From Heterodontus francisci (Eukaryota), in assembly GCF_036365525.1 (NCBI RefSeq), contig NC_090389.1:36020973-36084972 (forward strand): a stretch of 64,000 nucleotides of DNA, read 5' to 3'. Both the position numbers and the translations under genes were made by a program. The notes under the pieces are model-generated. The model was not told the DNA's origin and ran no database searches. It saw nothing but the letters and a program-made list of their open reading frames with translations. Position 1 is the stretch's first letter; the number at the start of each line of letters is the position of its first letter. This document shows positions 11,953 to 23,236 of this stretch, in pieces.

Positions 11953-14493
11953 TTTTTTAAAAATTGTCTTCGCCAAACATTTCCTTTTTACATACCTACA
12001 GAAGCTTTTACAGTCCTTTTTATGTTTTTTTGCCAGTTTACATTCATATTCTGTTCTCCCTTTCTTTATCAGTTTCTTGGTCCTCCTTTGCTGCATTCTT
12101 AAATGCTCCAAATCCCCATGCTTACGACTATTTCTGGCAACTTTATCGACCTTTTCTTTTAATCTTATACAATCCTTAAATTCCTTTGTTATCCACGGTT
12201 GACTGCCTTTACTTTTGGGTTTTTTGTGCCTTGAAGGAATGTATAGTTGCTGTAAACTATGTAATAATTATTTGAAGACTATCCATTGTCTATGCACTGT
12301 CGTAACTTTTAATGTATTTCCCAATCTGCCTCAGCCAATTTACCGCTTATACTTTCATAATTTCCTTTGTTCAAATTTTACACCCTGGCTTCAGATTGAA
12401 CTAACTCACTTTCAAATATAATGTAAAATTCTATCATATTAAGGTCATCCCTAAAGGTTCTTTTACAACAAGATTATTAATTAGCCCTTTCTCATTACAT
12501 CATACTAGATCTAAAGTAGCCTGTTCTCTAGTTGGTTCCTCAACACACTGCTCGAAAAAACCATCCCGAACACACTCCAGAAACTTGTCCTCCACAGCAT
12601 TAGTGCTCAATAGGTCTATCCTGTCTATGTACAGATTGAAGTCACCCATAATTACTGTGTTACCCATGCCACATGCTTCTCTAATCTACTGATTCATACC
12701 ATGCCCCACACTACCACTACTACTTGGGGGCCTATAAACAACTCCTACAAATTTTTGTTGCGCCTTGCTGTTTCTTAGCTCCACCCAAACAGATTCCACA
12801 TTTTGTTCTTCCGATCTGAGATCCTCCCTTACTAATGTACTGATCCAATCCCTTATTATCAGCACAACACCATCTCCTTTTCCTTTTTTCCTATCCGTCC
12901 TAAATGTGGAATATCCTTGAATATTCAGTTCCCAGTCTTGGTCACCCTGTAGCCACGTTTCTGCAATGGCAATTAGATCATACCCATTTACCTCTATTTG
13001 TGCCTTTAAATCATCTACCTTGTTGTGAATGCTGCATGCATTTAGGTAGAGTGCCCTTAATCTTGTTGTCTTGACATTATTCTGCATTCTAAACCTAGTT
13101 GTATCGCCAGCCTTCTAATGTCACTTGCTACTTTTCTACCTCCTGTTACCAGCTTTACTTCCTTCCAATTTGAGCTACTCTCAGATTCCCATCTCCTTGA
13201 CGAGCTAGTTTAAACCCTCCCCAACAGCACGAGTAAATCTCCCTGTGAGGATATTAGTACCAGTCCTGTTCACGTGTAGCCCATCCATCTTGTACAGGTC
13301 CCACCTGCCCCAGAACCGGTCCCAATGCCTCAGAAATCTGATTCCCTTCCTCCTACACCAGTCACCCAGTCACGTGTTCAATCGATCAATCCTCCTATTC
13401 CTTTGCTCACTAGCACGTGACACTGGGAGTAATCCTGAGATTACAACTCTTGAGGTCCTGCTTTTAAATTTCCTTCCTAACTCCCTGACATCTGCTTTCA
13501 GGACCTCATCCTTCTTCCTCCCTATTTCATTGGCACTAATGTGGACATTGGCCTCTGGCTGTTCACCCTCCCCCAGAAGGATGTCCTGTAGCCACACTGT
13601 GTTGTCCTTGACCCTAGCACCAGGGAGGCAACATACCATCCTGGAGTCACATTTACTGCCGCAGAAATGCCTGTCTGATCCCCTGACTATCAAATCCCCT
13701 ATCACTATTGCTCTTTCACTCCTCTTCCTCCCCTGCTGTGCAGCTGAGCCAACCCGTGGTGCCATAGACTTTGCTCTGGCTGCACTCCCCTGAGGAACCA
13801 TAGTTTTCACCAGTATCCAAAATGGAAAACCGATTAGCAAGCAAGATAGACTCAGGGAACTCCTGCAGTGCCTGCCTGGTTCTCTTGGACTGCCTGGTAG
13901 TCACCCATTCCCTCTCTGCCTGCATGCTCCTAACCTGCAGTGGTACCACCTCCCTAAGCGTGCTATCCACATATTCCTCTGCCTCATGAGTACACAACAA
14001 TGACTCCAGCCACTGCTTGAGTTCTGAAACCCGGAGCTCAGGCTTCTGCAGCCATTTACACTTCCTGCAGATATGCTCATCCAAGACATGTGGTGTGTCC
14101 ATGACTTCCCACATATCGCAGGATGTACATTCCACTTCGCCAAGCTAACTTGCCATACTGTAACTTTAAAAATTATTTATTACATTTAGAAGTAGAATAA
14201 CTTACCAGTTACTCATCAATCAGCTTCTTCCCCTGTACTGAAGAGAGAGGCAGCAACTGGAGGCTGAAAAAGGTAGAAAAGAAAAGAAAGGAGCCCCTTC
14301 CTCACTGAACTCCCTCACTCACCAAACTCTGACTTAACATTCTGTGCTTTCCAGCAGCACTCAGTGCTACTTTTGTATTCAAGTCCCCTTGGAATAAATG
14401 ATAACATTCGATTAGCTTTCCAAATTACTTGCTGTACCTGCATACTAACCTTTTGCGTTTCATGCACTGGGACACCCAGATCCCTCTGCATCT

Positions 14494-14585
14494 GATGAAG
14501 GGTCGCTGACCTGAAATGTTAACTTTGCTTTTCTCTCCACAAATTCTGCCAGACCTGCTGAGTATTTCCAGCATTTCTTGTTTTT
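14494..14585 (+). mobile_element. Short Penelope terminal-repeat (pLTR) insertion with a hammerhead core
   Basis: 14-bp TSD ATCCCTCTGCATCT at 14480-14493 and 14586-14599; begins ctgatga-agggtc-gct-gacct-gaaa. Confidence 0.8.
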
Positions 14586-17500
14586 ATCCCTCTGCATCTC
14601 ACAGCTCTGCAATCTTTCATCATTTAGATAATATGTTTCTTTTTTATTCTTCCTGCCAAAATGGACAATTTCACATTTTTCCACATTATACTCCATTTGC
14701 CAGATCTTTGCCCACTCACTTAACCTATCTATATCCCTTTGTAGCCTCCTTATGTTTTCTTCACAACTTACTTTCCTACCTATCTTTGTGTCATCAGAAA
14801 TTTAACAACCATACCTTCAGTCCCTTCATCCAAGTCATTTATATAAATTGTAAAAAGTTGAGGCCCCAGCACTGATCCCTGTGGCACACCACTCATTCTA
14901 TCTTGCCAACCAGAAAATGAACCATTTATACTGACTCTCTGTTTCCTGTTAGCGAGCCAATCTTCTATCTGTGTCATTATGTTACCCCCTACACCTGAGC
15001 TTTTATTTTCTGCAATAGCCTTTGATGTGGCATCTTATCAAATGCCTTCTGGAAATCTAAGTACAGTACATACACCAGTTCCCCTTTATCTACAGCACAT
15101 GTTATTTTTTCAAAGACCTCCAATAACTTGGTTGAACATGGTTTCCCTTTCACAAAATCATGTTGACACTGCCTGATTACCTTGAAATTTTCGAAGTGCC
15201 TGCTATAATATCTTTAATAATAGCTTCTAACATTTTCACTGTGACAGATGTTAAGCTAACTGGCCTATAGTTTCCTGCTTTCTGTCTCCCTCCCTTTTTG
15301 AATATAGGAGTTACATTGTCTATTTTCCAATCTAATAGAACCTTCCCCGAATCTGGGGAATTTGGAAAATCAAAACCAACGCATCAACTATCTCACTAGC
15401 CACTTCTTTTAAAACCCTAGGATGAAGTCCATTAGGACTCGGAGACTTGTCAGCGCACAGCTCCAAGAATCTGTTCAGTACCACTTCCCCGATTATTGTA
15501 ATTTTCTTGAGTTCCTCCTTCCCTTCCAGTTCCTGATTTACAGCTATTTCTGGGATGTTACTTGTATCCTCAATGGTGAAGTTGAATGCACAATACCTGT
15601 TTAATTCATCTGCCATCTCCTTATTTTCCCTTATTAATTTCCTTGAGTCATTTTCTATAGGACCAACACTCACTCTGTTAACACTTTTTTTTATAATATA
15701 TATAGAAACTCTTATTATCTATCTGTATATTTCTTGCCAGCCAATTCTCGTACTTTAACTTTTCCCTCTTCATTAAACTTTTAGTTGTTCTTTGCTGCTT
15801 TTTATACTCTGTCCAATCTGCTGACCTGCTACCCATCTTTGCGCAATTATATGCTTTTTCTTGAAATTTGATACTATCTTTAGCTTTTTAGTTAACCACG
15901 GATGGTGGGTCCTCCCCTTACAATGTTTCTTTCTTATTGGAATTTATCTATTCTGTGTATTCTGAAATATCCCCTTAAATGTCTGTCACTGCATCTCCAT
16001 TGACCTATCCTTTAACCTACTTTGCCAGTCCACTTTTGCTCTGCTTTCATGCCCTCATAATTGTCCTTATTTAAGTTTAAAATACTATTCTTAGACACAC
16101 TTCTCTCCCTCAAACTGAATGCAAAATTCAATCATATTATGATCACTGCTGCCTAGGGGCGCCTTCACTATGAGGTCATTAATTAATCCCATCTTGTTGC
16201 GCAATACCAGGTCTCGTATAGCCTGCTCGCTGGTTGGCTCCAAAACTTGCTGTGACTTCTTGCATTTATCATTTCTCACTTTGACCCAAAGCGCTTCTAT
16301 ATCTTGGTTTCCTGAACTTAGGTCATCCCTCTCTATTATGCCATTACCATCATTAATTAACAGAGCCACCCTCCACCTTTCCCTAGCTTCTTGTCCTTTC
16401 TAAACGTCATGTACCCTTCAATATTCAGGTCCCAATCTATGTTGTCCTGCAGCCATGTCTCTGTAATGGCTAAAAGATTGTACTTATTTATTTCTGTTTG
16501 CACTATCAGTTCATCTATTTTGTTTTGAATGCTGCATGCATTCAGATACAGAGCCTTTAGTTATGTCCTTTTACTATTTTTGTAACCTCTAGCCTTGTCT
16601 GCTGATTTACTCTTAGATTTGTAATCACTGTCCCTACCAGTCACTGTCTGTTTATCTTTTCCCATATTAATACTTTTCTCTCTTGCCTTGTCTCTACTCT
16701 TTGATTTACCATATCATCCCAAATTTGATCCCTTGCCTCCACTATTTAGTTTAAAACCCTCTCTACTTCCTTGGTTAAGCCACTCGCTAGAACACCAGCC
16801 CCAGCATGGTTCAGGTGTACACCGTGCCAATAGTACAGCCGCCACTTTCCCAGTGCTGGTGCCAGTGTCCCATGAACCAGAATCCAATTCTCCCACACCA
16901 GTCTTTGAGCCATGCATTCATTTCTCTAATCTTATTTGCTCTACTCCAATTTGCACGTGGCTCAGGTAATAATCCAGAGATTATTAACTTTGAGATTCTG
17001 CTTAAGTTGATGCTTAGCTCCTCATACTGACTATGCAGAACCACTTTCCTTGTCCTGCCTATGTTATTGGAACCACATTGACCACGACGACTGGATCCTC
17101 CCCCTCCCACTTTACGTTCCTCTCCAGCCCTGAGCAGATGTCCCAAACCCTGGCACTGGACAGGCAACACAGCCTTCTGGACCCTGCTCTTTGCTGCAGA
17201 GAACAGTGTCAATCCCCCTCACTATATTGTCTCCAACTGCCACTGCTTTCCTTTTTGCTCCCCCCACGTGAACATGGTCAGTCTGCTCATCCACACTATG
17301 ACCCTCACTCTTGTCCATATAAATTGCAAGAACCTCAAACTTGTTGCTTAATTGCAAGGGTGAAGGCTTCCCCACTTCCACCTTCTCAATCCCCTTACCT
17401 GCCTTAGTCAGTCACACCCTCCTGTCCCTGACCACTGACCAAAACAAATGACTGTATCCTAAGGGGGGGGGGTGATTGCCTTCTGGAACAAAGTGCCCAG

Positions 17501-18122
17501 GTACCTTTCTTCCTCCCTGATGCATCGGAGTGTCTGCAGCTCAGCTTCCAGCTCAGTGGCTCTGAGCCGAAGCTCCTCAAGCTGCAGACACTTACTACAG
17601 ACGCGGTTGCCATAGATTGCCGTGGCATCCAGGTGCTCCCACATACTGCAGCCATGACACATCACCTGTCCTGCCACCTTTATTGTGCTAATTGAATTAT
17701 TTTTTTCTCTTAATTAATTTATAGTTCCCCTCCTTATTGAACTCTCTCACTTATCAAACTCCTTTCTTCACATTCTGTGCCTTCCAGCAGCACTCACTGG
17801 AGACAAGCAACACTGAGAGTCCCCTGAATTTATGCTCTTTGAAAACAATGATGTGTCAGCTTTGCTAGAGCTCAGAAACCAGTTTAAGCTAGCTAGCTAC
17901 CTAATTAACTAACTAATAAGCTCTCAGAGAGCTTGTATACCTCTGTTTAAAATTGTAAGAAACATAACTTGCCTCTTAACTTAAACAGTAATTTCAGTTA
18001 ATTGCTAAATGTAAACAAAAGAAAAACTAAAATTTAAAGAGATTAACCTTTAAAATCCACTCAGTGACCAAATTCCCTTCTTCACACTCTCTGCCCTCCA
18101 GCATCGTTTAATGTAGACCACA

Positions 18123-18497
18123 ATTACCATTGCTGAATCCCCCAATATCAATATCCTGGAGGTCACCATTGACCAGAAACTGAATAGACCAGCCACATAA
18201 ATGCTTTGGTTGCAAGAGCAGATCAGAGGTTGGAAATTCCGCAGCGAGTAACTCACCTCCTGACTCCTCAAAGCCTGTCCACCATCTACAAGGCACAAGT
18301 CAGGAGTGTAATGGAATACTCTCCACATGCCTGGATGGGTGCAGCTCCAACAACACTCAAGAAGCTCGACACCATCCAGGGCAAAGCCTGCTTGATTGGC
18401 ACCCTATCCACCACCTTCAACATCCACTCCCTTCACAACAATGCTCAGTGGCAGCAGTGTGTACCATCTACAAGATGCACTGCAGCAACACACCAAC
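18123..18497 (+). mobile_element. Zenon/CR1-like LINE, continuation of 5878-7012
   Basis: ITIAESPNINILEVTIDQKL...YKAQVRSVMEYSPHAWMGAAPTTLKKLDTIQ follows directly from ...NHLPLTLK at 7000. Confidence 0.85.
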
Positions 18498-18499
18498 CA

Positions 18500-18653
18500 C
18501 ATTGTGGTTTTCAAAAGAGAATTGGATTATTATCTGAAGAGAAAAGAATTGCAGTGCTACATGGAAAAGGCAGGGGATTGAGACTAGCTGAGTTGCTCTT
18601 GCATGGACAAGATGGGCTGAACGGCTTCCTTTGTGGTGCAACTATTCTATGAT
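18500..18653 (+). mobile_element. CR1 3' terminal fragment
   Basis: FKRELDYYLK...; 3' UTR gatgggctgaacggcttcct...attctatga. Confidence 0.7.
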
Positions 18654-18654
18654 A

Positions 18655-19205
18655 AAGAGATATTAGGGCAGATGACCAAAAGCTTGGTCAAAGAGATATA
18701 GGTAGATAGGTTTTATGGAGCATCTTAAAGGAGGAGAGAGGCAGAGAGGTTTAGTGAGGGAATTCCAGACTTTGAGGCTCTTGCAGCTGAAGACACAGTC
18801 GTCGAGAGCAGAATGATTAAAATTGGAGATGCGCGAGACCAGAATGGAGGAGCGCAGATATCATGGAGGTTGTAGGGGTGGACAAGATTACAGAGATAGG
18901 GAGGTGCAAGGCCATGGAAGGATTTGAAAACACGGATGGGAATTTTAAAATTGAGTGTTGCTTAACCAGAAGCCAGTGTAGGTCAGTGAGTATGGGTAAA
19001 CAGGAGGGGGTACATGTTATGATACCAGCAGTGGAGCTTTGGATGAGCTTAAGTTTGTGAAGGGTTGAAGGTGGAAGGCCAGGCCGTAGTGTGTTGGAAT
19101 AGTCAAGTCTAGAGGAACAAAGGCATGGATAAAGGTTTCAGCAGCAGATAAGCTGAGGCAGGGGCGGAGTCGAGCGATGTGACGGAGGTGGAAAAGGTGG
19201 TTTTA
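18655..19205 (-). mobile_element. L2 LINE 3' region
   Basis: Reverse-complement homology to the L2 ends at 20120-20455 and 61795-62486 (ctctagacttgactattcca, ctttgaccaagcttttggtca). Confidence 0.75.
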
Positions 19206-20119
19206 GTGGGGAATATGTTGTGGGGAGTTCATATTCTTAAAGGCATAGGAGTTGGGTCTCACCAATAAGATAATCTAAGATGCTGGAATCAAAATATCAA
19301 GAGTAAGAAGGGTTTTAAAAAAGCATATCCCAAAATATAAGTCATGTGAGGACTCACATGATCCTATGGTAGCTGCTGTTCTCCTAAGTTCTCCTTTGAG
19401 TCATGTCTCTTTGACTTGAGTCAATTTATACCAAAATCTTGTGATGCTTGCCATGGTTTATTGAATGACAGGAGGCACCAAGAAGTGAAAACTTGGCATT
19501 GTGAGCATGATTATATTTCACTTCTGCTGGAATTTGGGATTTGACATGAGTCATGAATCAAAGAGGATGCCAGACTATCATCTATGTACCACACAAATAA
19601 AATGCAATACTGAACTCTGATCAAGTAACATAACAAGAGATATTACTTACTGAATGACAGTTGCAAGATAAATCTTCATCTCAAATATCCTGCTCAAATC
19701 TCATTGAAAGAATGTCTTTGAAAGCCAAATACTTTGGTTCACATTTCCTTGATGATATTGCAGGTATTACAGTGGTTAAAGGAACAGTCATTGTGGATAA
19801 TGCTTTCCAACAGAGACTTCAGTGCTTTATGAGCAGAAAGCTTTATTTCAGTTCAGGAACTAACCAAATTCCAAGCAAAGTTGGTTGTGTGTAGCTTCAG
19901 ATTTAACCAGCATGGAAACATGATCTTGATGTTGCTTCAACCTATGGCCATAAGAGGGTCCATGGAATCTCAAAGTTTGAGACTTCTTGTGGAATTCTTC
20001 ATGATTTTTATAAATGTAAATTGCAATAGTGCTGAGAAACATTGGCATCTAGTGCAACATAATGGGCTGCTTAGGCATTCAGAAGCAGGGAACCCTCAAT
20101 GTGTCACCCCTCTCTGTCT

Positions 20120-20455
20120 TTGGAACCTCCTCCAGCCTTACAAACCTCCAAGATCTCTGCATTCCTCCAATTCTGGCCTCTTGTGCACCCCCACCCTGCC
20201 CCTTCCTTCAGCCCACCATTGATCACCATGCCTTCAGCCATTTAGGCCCCAAGCTGTGGAATTCCCTCCCCAAACCTCTCCACTTCTCTCTCTTCCTTTA
20301 AGATGCTCCTTAATATTTACCTTTTTGACCAAGCTTTTTGTCAGTTGCACTAATATCTTCGGCTTGATGAAAATCTTTGCCTGATAACAATCTTAGGAAG
20401 TGACTTGGGACATTTAACTATGTTAGAGGTGCTATAAAAATATAAGTTGTTATTG
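20120..20455 (+). mobile_element. L2 LINE 3' end
   Basis: AFSHLGPKLWNSLP motif; tail gctataaaaatataagttgtt. Confidence 0.8.
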
Positions 20456-20596
20456 CTAATCTTTATTTCTAATGTTATAGAGAAGTCAATTTTATAGAGG
20501 ATCCCTGAGTAGAAGGTGAGTGCGGGTAAGTAACTGGTTAAGAGCAGATATTATGCTGGTATTTTATCTAATGGTCAAGAGTTGAAAAGAGCTCAG

Positions 20597-21932
20597 AGAG
20601 CAGGGAGAGGCTTCACTTCAAAAAGAGCTCGTAGTGCTGGGAGAGACTTCACTTCAAAAAGAGTGGGGAGAGACTTCACTTCAAAAAGAGCAGGGAGAGG
20701 CTTCACTTCAAAAAGAGCATGGAGAGCAGGGAGAGGCTTCACTTCAGAAAGAGCATGGAGAGCGGGGAGAGGCTTCACTTCAAAAAGAGCGTGGAGTGCT
20801 GGGAGAGACTTCACTTCAAAAAGAGTGGGGAGAGGCTTCACGTCAGAAAGAGCATGGAAAGCGGGGAGAGGCTTCACTTCAAAAAGAGCGCGGAGAACGG
20901 GGAGAGATTTCACTTCAAAAAGAGCAGGGAGAGGCTTCACTTCAAAAAGAGTGTTGAGTGCTGGGAGAGGCTTCACTTCAAAAAGAGCGGGGAGAGGCTT
21001 CACTTCAGAAAGAGCATGGAGAGCGGGGAGAGGCTTCACTTCAGAAGAGCGTGGAGAACGGGGAAAGGCTTCACTTCAAAAAGGGCAGGGAGAGGCTTCA
21101 CTTCAAAAAGAGCGCAGAGTGCTGGGAGAGGCTTCACTTCAAAAACAGCAGGGAGAGGCTTCACTTCAAAAAGAGCGTGGAGAGCGGGGAGAGGCTTCAC
21201 TTCAAAAAGAGCGCGGAGAACGGGGAGAGGCTTCATTTCAAAAAGAGCGCAAAGTGCTGGGAGAGGCTTCACTTCAAAAAGAGCGCAGAGAGGCTTCACT
21301 TCAAAAAGAGCGCAGAGAGGCTTCACTTCAAAAAGAGCAGGGAGAGGCTTCACTTCAAAAAGAGTGTTGAGTGCTGGGAGAGGCTTCACTTCAAAAAGAG
21401 TGGGGAGAGGCTTCACTTCAGAAAGAGTGTGGAGAGCGGGGAGAGGCTTCACTTCAAAAAGAGAGCAGAGTGCTGGGAGAGGCTTCACTTCAAAAAGAAC
21501 AGGGAGAGGCTTCATTTCAAAAAGAGCGTGGAGTGCTGGGAGAGACTGCACTTCAAAAAGAGCGGGGAGAGGCTTCATTTCAAAAAGAGCAGGGAGAGGC
21601 TTCACTTCAAAAAGAGTGTTGAGTGCTGGGAGAGGCTTCACTTCAAAAAGAGTGGGGAGAGGCTTCACTTCAGAAAGAGTGTGGAGAGCGGGGAGAGGCT
21701 TCACTTCAAAAAGAGAGCAGAGTGCTGGGAGAGGCTTCACTTCAAAAAGAACAGGGAGAGGCTTCATTTCAAAAAGAGCGTGGAGTGCTGGGAGAGGCTG
21801 CACTTCAAAAAGAGCGGGGAGAGGCTTCATTTCAAAAAGAGCGGGGAAAGGCTTCACTTCAAAAAGCGGGTAGAGGCTTCATTTCAAAAAGAGCGGGGAG
21901 AGGCTTCACTTCAAAAAGAGCGGGGAGAGGCT
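20597..21932 (+). repeat. Tandem array of 42 monomers (27- and 36-bp variants), core GGAGAGGCTTCACTTCAAAAAGAG
   Basis: 42 cores counted by eye; 252-bp higher-order duplication (21371-21622 repeated from 21623). Confidence 0.97.
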
Positions 21933-22198
21933 ATCCTATTCTATCCTCTATCCTATCCAGTTCAGTGGAACGAGCCCTCCAAAGAAAATCAAGTGTGACT
22001 TCCCAGGCAAGCAGGTAGGTGATTGGTTGGAGAAGAAGCTACCTGTTTGGTGAGTATCTGGTAAGTGGTTAAGGTCTATTCTAATCTTAACATTTAAAAT
22101 AGTAAAGGAACCAGTGGTAAGCTTAAGAAAATATATAAAAAAGGAAAATAAAATAAATAATTGAATAAAATAATTTAGTTAATTGAAACACATTAAGG

Positions 22199-23160
22199 AT
22201 TGCAGGACAGATGATGTGTCACAGCTGCAGTATGTGGGAGCTCCTGGATGCCAAAGTGATCCAGGGCAAACACGTCTGCAGTAAATGTTTGCGGTTCAAA
22301 GAGCTTCGGCTCAGAGTCATTGAACTGGAGGCCGAGCTGCAGACGCTGCGACACATCAGGGAGGGGGAAAGCTACCTGGACATTTTGTACCAGGAGGTGG
22401 TCACATTACTTAGGATAGGGTCTTCTGGTTTGGTTTGTGGTCAGGGACAGGAGAGTGCGGCTGCAGCTGAGGCAGGTAAGGGGACCCAGAAGGCAGGAAT
22501 GCAGGAGCCTCAGCCTTTGCGATTGTCCAACAGGTTTGAGGTTCTTTCAGCTTATTTGGATGAGCATGGTGGCTGCAGGGTGGATAAGCAACCTGACCAT
22601 GGCACCATGGTACAGGAAGCCATTCAAGTGGAGGTAGAAAAAAGGAATGTAGTGGGAGTAGGGGACAGTATAGTTTGGGAGATTGACACTGTTCTCTGCA
22701 GCACAGAACGAGAGTCCAGACGTCTGTGTTACCTGCCTTGTGCCAGGGTTTGGGACATCTGCTCAGGGCTGAAGAGGAACTTAGACTAGGAGGGGGAGGA
22801 TCCAGTCGTCGTGGTCCATGTAGGTACCAACGACAAGGGCAGGACAAGGAAAGAGGTTCTGCATAGTCAGTATGAAGAATTCGGCACTAAATTAAGAAGT
22901 AGAACCTCAAAGGTAATAATCTCTGGATTATTATTTGAGCCACATGCAAATTGGCACAGGACGAATAAGATTAGAGAAATGAATGCGTGGCTCAAAGACT
23001 GATGTGGTAGAAGTGGATTCCAGCTTGTGGGGCACTGGCACCAGTACTGGGGAAAGTGGTGGCTGTACCATTGGGATGGTCTACACCTGGACCGTGCTGG
23101 GGCCGGTGCTCTAGCGAACCGCATAACGAGGGAAGTGGAGAGAGTTTTAAATTGAATAGT
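22199..23160 (+). pseudogene. CR1 ORF1 (Zn finger/leucine zipper + SGNH esterase), disrupted
   Basis: CHSCSMWE...CSKCL, ELEAELQTL, VGDSIV, VHVGTND, DGLHL; in-frame stops at ~22787 and ~23000. Confidence 0.88.
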
Positions 23161-23236
23161 GAGGACAAGGGATCAAATTTGGGAAGATATGGTAAATCAA
23201 GGAGTAGAGACAAGGCAAGAGAGGAAGGTATTAATA

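Larger units (their letters stand above)
7615..14364 (-). mobile_element. Full-length decayed CR1 (CR1-B) nested in CR1-A
   Basis: (aacatagg) tail; RT; APE endonuclease (LYLNACSIHNK, IAETWL, VYRPP); ORF1 Zn-finger and SGNH esterase (IGDLIVRG, CCLPGARV). TSD TGCTA at 7610-7614 and 14365-14369. Confidence 0.9.
7013..18122 (-). mobile_element. Full-length decayed CR1 (CR1-A), interrupted by nested insertions
   Basis: 3' tail (catacgaa-like) at ~7013-7027; RT at 7300-7614 and 14370-15700; endonuclease at ~16100-16560 with an internal deletion near 16250; ORF1 MAGQVMCHGCSMWE...CSKCLQLEEL plus esterase GDNIVRG at 16730-17677. Same subfamily as the + strand CR1 ending at 26235. Confidence 0.9.

Noticed and set aside
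20597-21932. CRISPR-like repeat-spacer array
   Set aside because: Linkers are only 3 or 12 nt and recur, there are no cas genes, and the context is vertebrate. It is a minisatellite.
20582-22018. Long repetitive ORFs (RGFTSK, ERLHFKK, GEASLQK peptides) as real proteins
   Set aside because: Open in several frames on both strands simply because units are multiples of 3 with few stops; indels switch frames.
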